Below are positions 44,816 to 61,494 of a DNA stretch of 64,000 nucleotides, piece by piece. The notes beneath the pieces are model-generated. The model made no database searches. It was not told where the DNA came from and worked only from the letters and a program-made list of their open reading frames with translations. Position 1 is the stretch's first letter; every line of letters begins with the position of its first letter. This DNA is from the human T2T-CHM13v2.0 reference genome, Homo sapiens. Both the position numbers and the translations under genes were made by a program. The stretch is taken from NCBI RefSeq assembly GCF_009914755.1, contig NC_060928.1; one strand, given 5' to 3'.

Positions 44816-46229
44816 CGGACATTCCAATGAGTTTTATGCATAAGTATGACAAAATGTCAATTGCCTGCACATTCCCAAACTTCCCAGTCTGCTGGGTTTA
44901 CACAGCCCTTTACCATTAGGTTAAATTAGTTGGAATTCCAGTAGCTTAGATGGTGGGAGACCAAGGTTTCCCCGAAATAGCCCAACACAGTCTTGGGAAA
45001 CTTATCCTTCTTTCTTGTCATTTCTTGTTCTCATTTCATGTTTCTGCTGAAGTCTCTGTTGCTTACATCTCATTTCTTGCAGCTGTTTCTTTTTTTTTCT
45101 TCTTGATCCTATCAATGCCACATGGATGTAGGTGGGAGACTTCAATAGAATAGAAAGAATTAAAACTGTGAAGGAATTAGGATAAAGGAAAAGAAAATAT
45201 CAGATCAAGAAGGGTTCAGCACTCAGCTGGTGTAGGGAGTGACCAAGTGTGGGCTTTATGAAAAATGAATGGGAGACCCCCATGTTCTTTCTCTTTTTAA
45301 TCATACAAAAGATAGATTTAGATGATCACAGCTATTCCTTTGTACTCTGAGAATTATGATTTTATTTTTGAAATGTTTTAGTAAAAAGCTGCTTGAGCTT
45401 TGTTTATGGTCACTCCTTGGAGGCAGTGGTCAAGACAGTAATTGGTGACAAAGATGGTGTGATCCACAGCCAACACTCCCAACAGCTCATCTCCCACTTA
45501 ATCGTGGGTGAGATAACCCACCTGGGGAGAGGATCTGGTTGAAAAGACAGCACGGCTCATTCCTTCTCTTCCCTTCCTTTTTATATATTGAGTAAGTCTA
45601 TTCCAAGAGTCTATTCTCCAGGTTTCACCATCCATAATTGCTTCTTTTAACCCAGAAGGCAAAGAGAAAACTTTGCAAGAGAATAACTCCCTTAAAGTAA
45701 TTCAGAAAACAAAAAACAAAAAACAAAAAACAACGCTCTTTCATCTCAGGGCATAACTGTGCTGCCACTTGATACAAACTCACTGCAGTTATGAAAATAT
45801 TAAATGTGACTAGAAGATAAGATTAAATCTTGGGTAAATTTCACAAGGGCATCTTCATGAGAAAAAATACAAAGACCAAACCACAACGATGCAGTAAAAC
45901 AAGACAAAGAAAAAGGAGACAACAAAGATTTTTCAAGGACAGGTTTTGTCTGAATTTCCTTCAATGGACTTTGAGCTGAGAGTAAGAGAAAGAATTGTGT
46001 ATGTGGCTGGCAGCTTCATCACATTGCATTCCCACCTCTAGACTTCAGTTTATTTACTGTGTGCGTACAGATGTGATTGCTCTAGGAGTTTCTTTTCTAA
46101 CAGAAGGGACAGCTGCAACACCCAGCTGATGACTCAAAGGCCTCTCAGAGCAGAGAGAGGACATGCACAGTGTTTTCCTTTGTGGTTCTTTGCAGAGTAT
46201 GCTGCGATTTGCACATTTGCCTCCAGCTA

Positions 46230-46475
46230 CCACTGAAATAACTCATGTCCTCCAGGATACCACAACCCCTCTGTCGAACATTTATCATAGTGTTTGACAC
46301 TTTGCACTGTAGTATTTGTTTCCCTGCTTTGTCTCTCCTACTAAATCTGCACTTTTTAGAGGAAGGAACTCTGTCTTGTTTGTCTAACATCCCCAGAGCC
46401 TAGCATACGACTTTGCAGGCTGCGGGTGCTCAATAAATATTTGCTGGAGGAATGAATGAATAAATGCATGAATGA
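46230..46475 (+). mobile_element. L2 LINE 3' end
   Basis: ATCCCCAGAGCCTAGCATA...GTGCTCAATAAATATTTGCTGGAGGAATGAATGAATAAATG. Confidence 0.85.
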
Positions 46476-46944
46476 GAGAAGTAATATATATGACACATGT
46501 TGAACATAATCTAGAAATTAAAAATGCAACAATCCCTGCACTGTCAAAAAAAAAAAAAAAACCCCAAATCAAATGCAAAACAGGATTTTGACTTCTAACA
46601 CTGATAAAAATTAGGATTTAAAAATTCCTGAAGGTAGTTCACCAATTATATTAGGTAGAAATTCTGTTTGACTGCTAGCATCAGAGAGACAACACAGGAA
46701 CTTAAATAAATTGGGTGTTAATTTTCTCTTGCAAAATAAAGTCCAAAGTTAGGGAGTCTACACCAGGTAGAGATTTTGTTTCTATGTTTGTTTTTTTCAC
46801 AAAATTGCTAGGAATACAGACTCTTTCTTTCTGTTCCAATCCATTCTTAGTGTGTTGTTTCTGAGATCTGGCTTGTAGATCTGCATCAAGGCCAAAATTC
46901 ATCTTGTCAACGTCTAATTCTGCTGCATTTCAGCTAGAAGAGTT

Positions 46945-47344
46945 GTCAATACCTGGGTGGAGCAGAGTTTTCAACCTGGGCCATTGCTCCATGAAATTCC
47001 TTCTGGGCCTCAGAAGTTATAGAATCAAGACCAGATCCTCAATAAGACAAAAATCACCCCCACAGGCTCTCAGACTGCTAACTTCCATACTTGTGCTGGC
47101 GAGTCTAATCACCCAGCATGCTTGCCTTGAGTCAGGACAAATTCTGTGATGTAATTTATACTCCAGGACACCCCTGATGGTTCAGACTGAGGCTGCGCCT
47201 TGACCAGAAATTGCTTCCTTTTTTGGCTTCTCCCCTCATCCTTTAATTCCTTAATTCATTTTCTCCCGGGACAGTTTTTAAATAAATTGCTCACATATGA
47301 ATCCTTGTGTTAGGGTTTGCTTCTGGTAAACCTGACCAAAGACA
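46945..47344 (+). mobile_element. LTR16-like ERVL LTR
   Basis: AATAAATTGCTCACATATGAATCCTTGTGTTAGGGTTTGCTTCTGGTAAACCTGACCAAAGACA terminus. Confidence 0.75.
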
Positions 47345-49283
47345 ATGCCTACTTAGGAAAAGATGAGCAAAGTTCAAGGCCAAGCAAGCATAATCTGCAT
47401 CCTTAGACAGTCTCTATGCCTGATGAAGGCACATGCATTTGCTGAGGAGAGAAGAGCAAGGCTTGCTTTTGCTAAACTTTGTATGGCCCGTGCTGCGGAG
47501 GCCCCTTCCTGGCTGGGGCCCTATGGCCTTTGCCTTTGCTGAGTCCTAGTCCTTTGATGAGACCCAGATACCTTTTCTTTAGACCTTCCATGTGGATCCT
47601 GCCATACGGATGTAGGTGCTCTGAGCAATAATGATCCACTCTGGGAAGATGTTATATTTACTATGTCTTGATCTGGCTCTGGCAGTTAAAGCTCTCTGTA
47701 TATCTGTAACAGGGTTGTATGGATCAAAATAAACATTTAGCAACCACAAAGATCATAACACCCTGTCCTCACATTTCAGGCCCCAAACTAGGGGCTCTTG
47801 TACACCAGAAGCTTCAAGAAATCTATAAAGAATTTGTTTCCCTATTTTTACACCTTGTTGATTTTCTGGTGTTCCTTCCATGCATTGGAAGTGCTAACTG
47901 TCCCCCTGAATTTGCACATACCTTCGCCACCCAGCAAGCTATAGGCCCTTCCTGCCTGGAGTCCTGTCCCAGTCAGATATGCATAGGGGTACTGCATGCT
48001 TTTCAAAATGTTAAATCACAGGGAAGGGGGTGGGGGTGAGGTGTTGGGGTCAGCCTGGCCAATTATCCTTCCAAATTTATGAATCAAATATACAATTCCA
48101 TTCCCCTTCCCACTGACCTGAATTGAATCAACTTGGGAATAAAGGGGGCCCAGAGTTCTATATTAATAGAGTTCCCTACAACATGGAAGGAAACGTGAGG
48201 AGTGGGAAACAAATATTTCTCCTTACATTTTCTAATGTAATTTTATTTTTTAGGTGTCTGTACTCCTCCCTGACCATGTGCTTCAGGAGACGCCAATCCC
48301 AGCCCCATTCCTAGACCACAGTGGCGAATCAGTTTGATCTAAGCCAATCATGTTGATGCTATTCTAGTTAGCTGTGATTGGCTGAGGAAGATGTGGGTTG
48401 ATGAAGATAATCCCCCCACTCTCCACAGCCACTGAGAAGATTAGGTCCTTCTTTGGATTTGAGTGTATTTTTCTATTAATATCTATAAATGTTTTCAATC
48501 TCCATAACACTATTATACTTTTGTTAGCTCATGTCAAACTTGTATAAAACTAATACCCCTGGATCAATTTTACATGAAGGGTTATTAAACCAGGTTAACT
48601 GTCTTCCGTAGCAGTGTCTGTGATTTTCTGAACAAAATTCAGGGTTGATAATCTTTCTCCAACTTCAAAATATAGTACAAGAAGTGAAATTTATTTCTGT
48701 ACACCTGTTTGGTAACTGTTGGAATTTCAGTTCCAGAAAAACAGAATTGTGTGGATTGTGAGTCACTTCTGCTGGGGATAATTAGAAAGAGAGGAAATTG
48801 GGAGTTGGGAGTGAAAAGGGGAGATCAAGCAGATGGCAGAGGAAGGATGGAGATTTTCACAGTGAATCCTTGGGGAGACAAAGGAAGATAAAGCACAGTA
48901 AACTCATAAGGGTATTCAGGTGACATCTGTGAGGAGGAGTCGAGGAGCCGGGAGTCGAGATATGAGAGAGAGGATTTGATAGACATGTGATCTGGGGAGG
49001 GGACAGAAGCATCTTCTGAGTCATGCAATCAAGAAGGCATTGATCATTTGAATGAGGAACCAGGCAAAGAAGAAAATAAGTAGAATTTACAAGCACCACA
49101 CCAAAATTTTAAGAAAGGCTCAAAAGTTTCAAGCAAGAATGGTAAATGGCAATTAATATTATAGTATCTGTGTTACTAATTTACACTTATAATGTCTTTA
49201 TTCTTTTATTTTATGAATGCAAAATATATTTCAAAGGACTTTCATAGATCTGATTTCAGTTTCTCAAATTCTATTTTTTTTAA

Positions 49284-49376
49284 ATGATCTTAATTTCCCA
49301 ACCTCAAAATCTCTGGCAACAGGATTTTCTGAACTTTAATTCTGAGTTTGATAAGGGATAATATTTACATTTATCA
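49284..49376. repeat. Source copy of the 93-bp inverted repeat (see 31074-31166)
   Basis: Unique flank immediately 5' of the Alu at 49377; includes that Alu's left TSD. Confidence 0.95.
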
Positions 49377-49714
<338 letters not shown>

Positions 49715-50114
49715 CATTTATCTCTGCTAAATCTTATTAGAGTTCATAAAAGACAGATTGATTGATTTGGTTACTTGAAATTAACAAACTTCTGCATAGA
49801 AAAAAATGCATCATACAGAGTAGAAAATCAAACAATAGATTGGCAGAATGTTAAGAATATCTGCAACACATATGAATGGCAAGGGCTAATATCCCTAATT
49901 TTCAAAAAGTTCTTTCACGTTATCAAGGAAAAGACATATGACTTAAGTGAAAATGAGGTAAAGGGCATGAATGGTCCACTCAGCAAGGATGTAAGCAAGA
50001 AAAGCCAGAAAACAGGACACGCTGCTCAGCTTCTCTAGTAATCATGAAAATTCGAATAATAAAAAAAAATGAGACCCTCATACTGGTCAGCAAAGGCAAG
50101 AGGTTAAAAAGTTG

Positions 50115-50479
50115 TGCTATAAATGGAATGTTTGTGTCTAACCCCAAATTTGCATGTTGAGGCCTAAATATTCAACGTGAAAGTATTAGGAGGTGGGGCC
50201 TTTGAGGAGTAATAAGTCATGAGGGTGGAGCCCTCACAAATGGAAATGGTGCTCTTATATTAGAGGATGAAGAGACCAGCACTCCCTCCCTCCACCATGT
50301 AAGGATATAGCAAGAAGTTGGCCATCAGCAACGGGGAAAAGAGCCCTCAGCAGAATCAGACCACGCTGGCACCCTGATCTCAGACTTCCAGCCTCCAGAA
50401 CCATGAGAAGTAAATTTCTGTTATTTATAAACCATCCGTTCTATGGTACTTTGTAGAGCAGCCTGAAGTAACTAAGACA
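50115..50479 (+). mobile_element. MLT1A-type MaLR solo LTR
   Basis: TGCTATAAATGGAATGTTTGTGTC...GCAGCCTGAAGTAACTAAGACA; TSD AGTTG (50110-50114, 50480-50484). Confidence 0.92.
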
Positions 50480-50580
50480 AGTTGATAAGAACTAGTGAGA
50501 ATGAGGGGACGTGAGACCTTTCATCCATTATCAGTGGGGTTATGAATTGCTATATAATGTTGAAAAAGTATTTAAAAATG

Positions 50581-50872
50581 GGCCTGGGCATGGTGGCTCA
50601 CACCTGTAATCCCAGCACTTTGGGAGGCTGAGGTGGGTTCATCGCTTGAGCTCAGGAGTTTGAGACTAGCCTGGGTGACATGGGGAAACCCCATCTCTAC
50701 AAAAAATACAAAAATTAGCCAGGGATGGTGGCATGTTCCTGTAGTTCCAGCTACTTGGGAGGCTGAGGTGGGATGATGGCTTGAGCCCAGGAGGCAGAGG
50801 TTGCATGAGCTGAGATCGTGCCACTGCATTCTAGCATGGGCGACAGAGCAAGACAGTGTCTGAAAAAAAAAA
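50581..50872 (+). mobile_element. AluJ (Jb-like)
   Basis: CGCTTGAGCTCAGGAG, GGATGATGGCTTGAGCCCAGG. Confidence 0.94.
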
Positions 50873-50983
50873 ATTATATACATATATATATATGTATATA
50901 ACGTTTTATATATATAATGTTTTATATATAATGTTTATATATATAATATATAAATATATATATTTATATATAGTATATATATA
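50873..50983. repeat. Imperfect (TA)n microsatellite derived from the Alu tail
   Basis: About 110 bp of almost pure A/T, TATATA repeats. Confidence 0.9.
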
Positions 50984-51214
50984 TTTTCTTTGACCCAGAA
51001 ATCTCCCTTCAGGTAATTTATTCCACAAAAATAAAAGTAAACAGTAACTAAAGATATATGTGTACAAAGATGTTTATTGCAGTGGAAAAAAGTTGGAAGC
51101 TTCCTGAATGCTCATTTACTAAGGAGTAGATGAGTGAATTATGGGGCATCCATATTACGGAAACTCAGTGAGTTATTAAAAATGATGATGTGTTTCTTGA
51201 GTGTATTTTGTGAA

Positions 51215-51560
51215 CAGTTCTTAGAATACTCTTTAGCCAGATACATGCATGGGTCATTTCTTCACTTCCTTCAAGTCTTTCCTTAAATGTTACCCTGTCA
51301 CAGTGGCCTTTCTTGACCACCTTATCTGAAATCACCACCTGTACCACTCTATCCCCTACCCTTGCTTTATTTTTCTGAATAATACTTACAAATACCTGAT
51401 GTTACATTACAGATATGTGTTTGCCGGTGGATTGCTGGAGTCTCCTACTAGAACAAAAGCTCCATGAGGGCAGGGACTAGAAGATTTATTCATTGCTATA
51501 TCCTTAATGGCTAGTGCCTAGCATATAATAGGCTCTTGATAATTTTTTCCTATGGATGAA
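51215..51560 (+). mobile_element. L2 LINE 3' fragment
   Basis: TCACTTCCTTCAAGTCTT...GGCCTTTCTTGACCACCTTATCT...AAGCTCCATGAGGGCAGGGAC. Confidence 0.8.
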
Positions 51561-53694
51561 TCTATAATATTGACTTAGAAAAAAAAGTTTTCTTCCTTTC
51601 TCTTTCACCCGTGCTGTTCCTGAGAACAGTAGTCAGTAAATTTCCTGCATGCTAGTTTCCATCTCAGTTTGCTGTCTTGAGAACCTGTCCTGAAATAGAT
51701 TACACACACATACATTGAGAACCTGTCTTCAAAAATATAAAAATGCAATAATGGATTTTTTTCTGCATCTTGTTGGTCTGAAGGATCATCTCAGTTCCAG
51801 AACTCCCTGTGGGGTTGGCCGAGACCTTGGTTGAGACTACATTACAAACCAACTTCTCCCTCTGCCTAACACTGGATCCTTCTCTTTCCTTCCACAGTCA
51901 TTGGCTTCTCTGGGCCAATTTAAACCTTTATTCCACATTTATTCTGTTCATTTTTGTTGGAGTAAATGAGTAGGCAGATGCTTTATTCCAATATCAGCTT
52001 TCTGGCCTCTACCTACAAATAACAGTCCCAAGTCACTGTCAACTCCATTTCCTCATTCCAGCTCAGTCTTTGCAAAGGGGCTCTTCCTTTCATGGAATTA
52101 CGGTCGCATCTATGGAAAAATTGAGCCAAATCCGAGATAGGTTGATAAAGAGATTACATTGATTTTCTACTCTCTGTGATTCTCTCTTCTTTCTCCATGT
52201 TGTGGGAGTCCTACATCCAATGTGAAACTGGTGGGGCATAGAGAAAGTGAAATGTAAGGGAGATTTGGGAGTGGGAAAGGGTGCTAAAGGAAGGCCAAGG
52301 TCACATGCAGCTTCAGTGGACATGGAGGGGGTCATCATCCATTCTTATCGATGACTGTATTTCATTTCTCCATTAACAAACACTCAAAGTAGATGAGAAA
52401 TGTATTATCTGCATTCTCCACCACATCTCGCTCAACTCTGTTTCAGCTTGTAGGGCCCGGTGGAATAAAGTGAATAATTGATCTTTAAGGTTTCCTACCT
52501 CTATGATATTTTTCCTGTTCATGTTCTATTTTTTTTTGGATTAAAATATCCTAAGAAGCTGAGACACATATTCTGCCAGTAGTTGACTATACATGACCAC
52601 CCAGCTAAGACAGTAAGTCAGAAAGGTCGAAGGACAGAAAGTTCTTGAATATTCAGTAAGCATTCTTTAGCATGTATGCCTAGTACACAGTCATACTGTT
52701 GTCTTGCAAATGACATCAACACTGTATTTACACTTACAAGGAGAACGCTGTTTCAGCATATTGTTAATTAGGACACTACCCGAGGCTAGTGCCGATTAAT
52801 TTCCTCAAATATGCTTACTGTATAGAGTAATCAAGATTAATTAACACATAATATTGGTCCAAAATGAGAGGATTTGAGGAGAATCTTGCTTTGCTTGTCT
52901 CCTGTTAAATAAGCAGCTGAAAATCTTCGAGCCGAGGCAACCTTTTGCACAGTGTCTACTCTTTCATCCTAATAGGTACCATGGTGTTAGGTGATAAAGA
53001 GATGATAAATAGACAGCCAGTAATACTCTTTCAATTACCCTTGTAAAGCTGCTACTTACAGCCCTCAAGGGTATTGGATCAAGACACCAGCAGGCTAATG
53101 GGCAAGATGCCTATGGAGAGAGCTTGGCACTCAAGAGTTAGAGGAACTTAATTTTGCTGTAATGTCTGGCCACCACTTGGTAGCTGATATTTCTCTCTAA
53201 ATTTTTACAGTGCTTCCTTCAAGGTGACCCACTGTTATGTTTCCTGGGATCAGTGAAATTATTGTTAGTACTGGTCTGATTTTTATTTTATTTTAAAATA
53301 TTTCTCAGGCCTCCATGTGGTCATCTTGGACACTGCCTAATTGTAATTGTATGAACTGAACCTGCAGTAGAACTGGCTTTGTGGTCTTCTGCCTTCTCAA
53401 GCTTTGTTTTGCTCTGTCCTTTTCTGGATCATACATTCATCTCAGTGTGTCATTCTATAGCCAAATGTTGCATTCTCTGTATGTACTATGCCAGGTGTTT
53501 TGTGAAATATTACTATGGTTAAGACATATGACAGCCACCAGCAACTCCAAGGGTAAATCTGAGGGGAGCCTTTATTGTACCCATAATTTCCACCACTTTC
53601 CCAAAGCTTTGCTAGGCATGGAGCTGTGGGTGGAGACCATCTATGCTGTTAAAATCCAGGTGATGCCTCCTCACCCTTTGAAATTGAAGAGGTA

Positions 53695-55172
<1,478 letters not shown>

Positions 55173-56074
55173 CCATCCAAAATAAACAAGAGTGGAAGTT
55201 AAAAAACAGGAAACCTGCAATGCAAGCAGTTTCAAGCAATTCCAAATAAATAGATAAAATCAAAGTAAAATCAGTGTACCTGCTATAAAAACAAATGCCA
55301 AAGTAAGTTTCCAGCCTCTTTCCAATCAGATTATCACGCCCGAATCTTCCCCCAAGTGGAATTCCAGAGCCTCTGTTGGGCCCTGCTCCTTATGGGAATG
55401 AGGATCTAGGGGAGGAGGCAGGTAATTCCCAACAACCTCAGTCGAAAGCAGAATGTGGAAAGGACTTTGATTTAGATACGAAATAAATGCTATGAGAGAA
55501 GTGAGAGTGGGGAAAGAGTTTTGAGTTTTGTAATAGATAATATCCAAGAGTAGGTGTATCTATTGATCTAAAGTAGAGTTTCCTTCTGGAACAAGAAAAG
55601 GGATGTATAATAGAGGACTATATTTTGCTGACTCAATAGGAAAGCAACACAGAAACTCACAGAAATGAGGTTTAACTAAGCCTCAAGGGGTCTGAGCAGC
55701 ATGTCATCTTAGAACACACAAGGAAAGGCTCAGGGACTGGGTAAAGTTAAACCAGGGGTGAAGAGCTTAAGCCTGAGGTTGCGGCTGTGGACTCATTAGT
55801 TGGGAAATAAAGCCTAAAAATTAAGCTGTCTGGGCTTGGTCTGAAGCCCTGGCTTTGACAGTGAGCTAATAGACTCTCCACATGCTGCTGTCAAAAAGGG
55901 CCTTGCCTTCAGTGAAAATGGGAGATTATGTCGCTGGGAGGTTATAGAGCTTCTCTTAGGGCAGCAAGTAAATCAATACTGATGATGGCAACTGAATCAC
56001 ATAATTCGGCTGACTTGTAGTCATGTCTCAAATATTATCTTGAGAACCTTCGAGATTTCCCAAGTGGAGCGTGA

Positions 56075-56113
56075 TGTGTGCATGCATGTGCGTGTGTGTG
56101 TGTGTGTATGTGC
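56075..56113. repeat. (TG)n-rich alternating purine-pyrimidine tract
   Basis: TGTGTGCATGCATGTGCGTGTGTGTGTGTGTGTATGTGC. Confidence 0.85.
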
Positions 56114-56605
56114 TCATGTGCACAGACACAGACTGTACAAGTGCTGTCTTTTCAGCCTTCCCCTGGTTTCCAGGGCACTTTTTGTGTTTATCACCCCACC
56201 GTGCCCTTTACTGGACTGTGAGTACCCCAGGAGCAAGAAAAGCAAATTCCTGCTTTTCTTTATAAGACTCATAGTGCCAAGCACTGAGTGTGTACTAGCC
56301 AGGCATACAGAGTTACAAATGGCCTTTTAATCTCTTCCCTATTTAGGCATTCAGGTGATAGTGACAAGAAACAGCAAGTATATCTCTAGGATAGATGGAT
56401 GTAAGTATAGAGAGTTATAGAGGGAGATGGGTATTTAACTCAGCATATATGCTACTTAGTCATCCATGGAAATCCCCTTCAAATTCAGGTAAATCCTTTA
56501 GCCCTTCCTTGTTTGGTCATTTATTGAGTCTGGGTTCATTTATAAATAACAGATGCTATTTCACAATAGAAACAACCTTGCGGCAGCATTGCCGTGGTCA
56601 GTAAG

Positions 56606-56997
56606 TGTTATGGACTGAATTGTGTCTCCCCTGAATTTCGTATGTTGAGGTTCCAACTCTCATGGCCTCAGAGTGTGACTGTACTTGGAAATTAGGTTGA
56701 AACAAGGCTATTAGGGTAGGCACTAATTCAATATGACTGGTTTTCTTATAAGAAGAGGAGATTAGGACACAAAGAGAGACATCAGGGGCGTGTGTGTCCA
56801 GAGAGAAGAAGCCGCGTGAGGACACAGTGAGCAGGTGGCCATCTGCAAGCCAAGGAGAGAGGCTTCAGGAAAAACCAAACCTGTTGACATTTTGATCTTG
56901 AACTTCTGGCCCCCAGGACTTTGAGAAAACAAATTTGTATGGTTTAAGGCACCCAGTCTGTGATATTTTGTTATGGTAGCCCTAGCAAACTAACACA
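56606..56997 (+). mobile_element. MLT1B MaLR LTR
   Basis: TGTTATGGACTGAATTGTGTC...GGTAGCCCTAGCAAACTAACACA. Confidence 0.9.
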
Positions 56998-57099
56998 CTC
57001 TACTTTAAATAGATGTTTAGTTTAATATTATCGTAGAGGAAAACAGACATGATTTAGAACAATGTTCTATTATGTTACCAGGTAATATCTCCTATAGAT

Positions 57100-57660
57100 A
57101 ATTTTGGTTAGTATAAGTGCATAGGAAACCACTTCAAGACTTATTCACTTAAACATTTATTGTTTCTCTCGCCCTCTCTCTTTTGTGTGCATCAACGGGG
57201 CTCATTTGGACAGTTCTTTCTTCAGATGTCTACCAAAGTTACAGGCAGATGTCAATGAGAACTGCAGTTATCTCCAGAGCCATCTGAGTTCTATGTCCAA
57301 GATAGTGTCTTCATTCCTGTGTCTGGTGCCTGAGCTTTTATGGCTGGAAGAACTGGAGGCTGAACATCTCTTTCCACGTGACCTCTCTATGTAGCTTCTC
57401 CATAGTGCTTCCTCATGTCTGGGTGGTCTCAGGTAACTTCTTAACAGGCATCTGGCTTTCCCCAAAATGAGTGTTCCAAAAGACCAAGGGAGAAGCTATG
57501 AGGGTTCTTTCAACCTAGCCATGGAAACCCCTTCTGCTGCAATCCGCCGCTCAACAGTGAATCACAGTCTGGTTCAGATGAAAGGGAGGCGATTCCACGG
57601 GGCATGAATACTGGGAGGGGTGGTCCATTGGGGGCCATCTTTGATATCAGGTACTGTGTA
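57100..57660 (-). mobile_element. Old MLT1 (G/H-like) LTR
   Basis: CTTAAACATTTATTGTTTCTC...TCCACGGGGCATGAATACTGGGAGGGGTGGTCCATTGGGGGCCATCTT. Confidence 0.7.
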
Positions 57661-57923
57661 TATCTTGACTGGACCTTTGTAATTAGTTCCTAACCATTTC
57701 CTAACCATTTGTGGACATTTACATAATAATACTCATCAGTTCTTCACTTTGTATCTGGATTGGTCTTTTAAATGCATGACAGTGACCACAGAACTCAAAA
57801 CCTTCCCATCCTTCAGACCCTGCATGATCTAGAGTGGAATTTGCAATCCCATCCTCATGACCCACTACTAGAAGGCAAAATCTGTGTGTTGTACACAATT
57901 TTTCCCTAATAAGAGTTTAAAAA

Positions 57924-58077
57924 GCTGGGTGTGGTGGTGCGCACCTGTAATCTCCACTATTTAGGAGACTAAGGATTGCTTGAGCCCAGGAGTTCAAGGC
58001 TGCAGTGAGCTAGGATTATGTCACTTCATTCCAGACTAGGTGACAGAGCAAGACCCCGTCTTTAAAATAATAATAAA
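57924..58077 (+). mobile_element. Alu monomer (FRAM/AluJ right arm)
   Basis: GCTGGGTGTGGTGGTGCGCACCTGTAAT...GAGCCCAGGAGTTCAAGGCTGCAGTGAGCTA. Confidence 0.88.
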
Positions 58078-58939
58078 GACGTAAGGAACATGAATTTGGG
58101 ATTTTTATTAGTTTTAGACTTCAAAATGTATTAAGAGATGGTCACAATTTTCTATGATGATGAAGCCATTCTCATTCACTTGTATTCTGACATCCTCATG
58201 GGGTAGAGAAGAAAGTGTTGGAGGCCTGGGGAGCACATAAACTGTTCACAGCCAGCTAATTTTCTATGCCCAGCCAGCAGTACATGGCCACCACTGAGGG
58301 AGCATCACCAGCTGTGGTGATGAGGTGTCACTGGGGCTCCATTTTGCAAACAGTGCTCAGTGGACCAGTCTTCAGCAACATGTTAATTACATTTCTGCAA
58401 ATAAATAAAAGCTAATTAAGTAAAAACTTAAAATGGTGGTCTAATTCAAGTAAATATATAATGCATTGTGGTGCCATTGATAATTTGTAACTTTATTGTT
58501 AATTTTACTGTTACACATTTTGCTCCTGGATACACATTTAAATGAAGAATACAACTAAGAATGACTGAAGAAAAACTGAATCACACAATCACACAGTACC
58601 TACAGTCATTACAGATGAGTGAAAATGCCTGCTTTCCAACCATCCATCAGTTAGATAATCAGAGCAACAGGAAAGGGATATTTGTAATAGACTTATTCCT
58701 AGCAAAATGAAAAATCTGAAAATTGTTGCTATTTTAATTGATAAAAATCACACATATGTTGATCCTGTGTTAAAGTAGCTTCTTCGAATATGCTTAATAA
58801 AATAGTTTTATTTTTATATCTACTTAAATTTTGAGGCAATATTAAGCAGTACAATTTGGTTGTGACATGCTTTTGTACATACCACATCCACAAAGCGAGA
58901 AACAAACAAAATTCTGCAGCTCCGTTTGTGTTACGAATT

Positions 58940-59426
58940 TTTCCGTTTCTATTGTTATATAGCAAACCAGCAAAACTTAGTGGTTTAAAGCAGTAACAGT
59001 TTCTTATTTCTTATGGTTTGATGGGTTCGCTGGCGGTTCTCCTGCTGGCCTTGCCTGCTGAGGCTGCTTTTAGCTGGTGGGTCTGCTGGGGGCTGGCTGT
59101 TCCAGGATGGTCTCACTTCACTTACATGTTTGGCTTCAGAAGGTCTGGCTGGAAGAGCTGGGATGACTGTGTCTCTGCACATCATCCTCACAGTCTCTCA
59201 TCCTCGAGGAGACTGGTCTGGTTTTCTCATGTAGTGTCTGGGTTCCAGTGACAGAAACTGCAAGTCCCCTGGAGGGCTGAGCTCCAAGGGTCACAGTGTC
59301 ACTCCTACTTCATTACAAGGGGACAGACCAAGTACTAAGGCCAGCCCAGCCTCAAGAGGTGGGGACATGGGCTCCTTTTTATGGGAGAAATTGCAAATAA
59401 CTTGTGGTGATATTTAATCTACCACA
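58940..59426 (-). mobile_element. Old MLT1 (G/H-like) LTR
   Basis: CAAAACTTAGTGGTTTAAAGCA...CTAAGGCCAGCCCAG...TTTAATCTACCACA. Confidence 0.75.
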
Positions 59427-59456
59427 GGTAGAAATTTAATTTTCCAGTATTTTGTT

Positions 59457-59867
59457 TGTATTAGTTTGTTAGGGCTGCCATAACACAAGAAAACAGACGG
59501 TGGCTTAAGCGACAGAAATATATGTTATCACAGTTCTGGAGCCTGGAAGTTCAAGATCAAGGTGTTGGCAGGTTGAGTTTCTCTGGAGGGCTCTCCCTTC
59601 AGCTTGCAGATGGCCGCCTTCTCTCCATCTCTGTGCATTGTCTTTTCTCTGCGCATGCACATCCCTGGTGTCTCTCTGTGTGTCCAGTTTTCTCTTCTTA
59701 TGAGGACACCAGTCAGGTTGGATTAGAGCTCACTCCAACAACCTCATTTTAACTTTAATCCCCTGTTTAAAGGCTTTGTCTGCAAACACAGTCATGTTCT
59801 GAGGTTTTGGGGGTTAGGACTTCAATATACACATTTTGGGAGTGGAGACACAATTCAGCCCCTAACA
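59457..59867 (-). mobile_element. MLT1A/B MaLR LTR
   Basis: TGTATTAGTTTGTTAGGGCTGCCATAAC...GACACAATTCAGCCCCTAACA; TSD TTGTT/TTATT. Confidence 0.9.
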
Positions 59868-60580
59868 TTATTTATTTATTCTTTGGTTAAAACCCAGGTA
59901 TCTCCTGAGAGTGTATGGCACCAGAGAAGGGGCTGACTGAACTGATAAAATGTGCAGGTATATGTTGGTTTTGCTTGTTCTGTGATCTTGTCTCTTCTGA
60001 TGCAAGCAACTTTCCCTTGGGCATAGCCAGAGTCAGAATGACCCATTCACAGATGGGCACATGACCTTAGGCTTGTGTACTAACTCAGCCCCATGTTTGC
60101 ATTGGAACTCTTCTTTCTGTGGGGCCTGCTAAATTGGTAGCGTATACATTTGGATTTTCTAGTGAACATTGTCTGGTTACAATGTAGTGAGAAGCAACTG
60201 GAGAAGAAAAGCAAAGCAGAAGAAAATAGATATAAAAGTTGGAATAGATAAGCATCTTGATGATGCAATTTTAAGGCTGGGGATACAGCTGTTCCCTTGA
60301 AGTTTAGCTCTTCTTGAATCTCCCTAACACAGGAGCCAGTAAATTCCTTTTAATTTTTTTTTGATGTGTGGGGATTGGGAGAAGGGTTGAGTCAGAAAGT
60401 TGGGTTTCTGTTGCTTGCAACCTAGAGCTCAACCTGAACTTTGGGTGTGGCCCATTTACAATTTTTGAGTGACCCTAACCTGGAGGATAAATTTCAAGTT
60501 CCATTACCTGACATGTAACTTATGCACAATGTATTCCTGACCTATTTTTCTGACTTCTATCAAAATCTGACACCAACTTA

Positions 60581-61135
<555 letters not shown>

Positions 61136-61494
61136 TCAGTTCCTCATCTTAACTGGTGTACCATCCAAGTGCTTATCCAAGCCACAGTCCTCAAATCCGC
61201 AAGAAGACAGTAAGCAATTGGCAGAAAGGAAAATAGTTGTGTACCCTCTATGGGCCAGACTTTGGATGAGGCATTTGAGTGACATAACCATGAGATTCTG
61301 TGGAACAGATCGCCAGTGTGGCTGGCTATCATTGTAGAGGAGTGGCATTGGAGATAAATCTGGAAGGAGGAGGATTTATAGGTGAAAGGAGAGGTTAGCA
61401 AAGCAGGAAACATGTTAATCAAGGAGCAACGAGCCAGATAGCAATTAATGGCTGGATTTCTTGTATATTCACAGCATAGGTGTTTTTTTGTGGA

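Larger units (their letters stand above)
49760..51190 (+). mobile_element. Old L1ME 3' region, split by MLT1A, an Alu and (TA)n
   Basis: AACTTCTGCATAGAAAAA, AAGGGCTAATATCCCTAAT, TTGACCCAGAAATC, TACAAAGATGTTTATTGCAG. Confidence 0.8.
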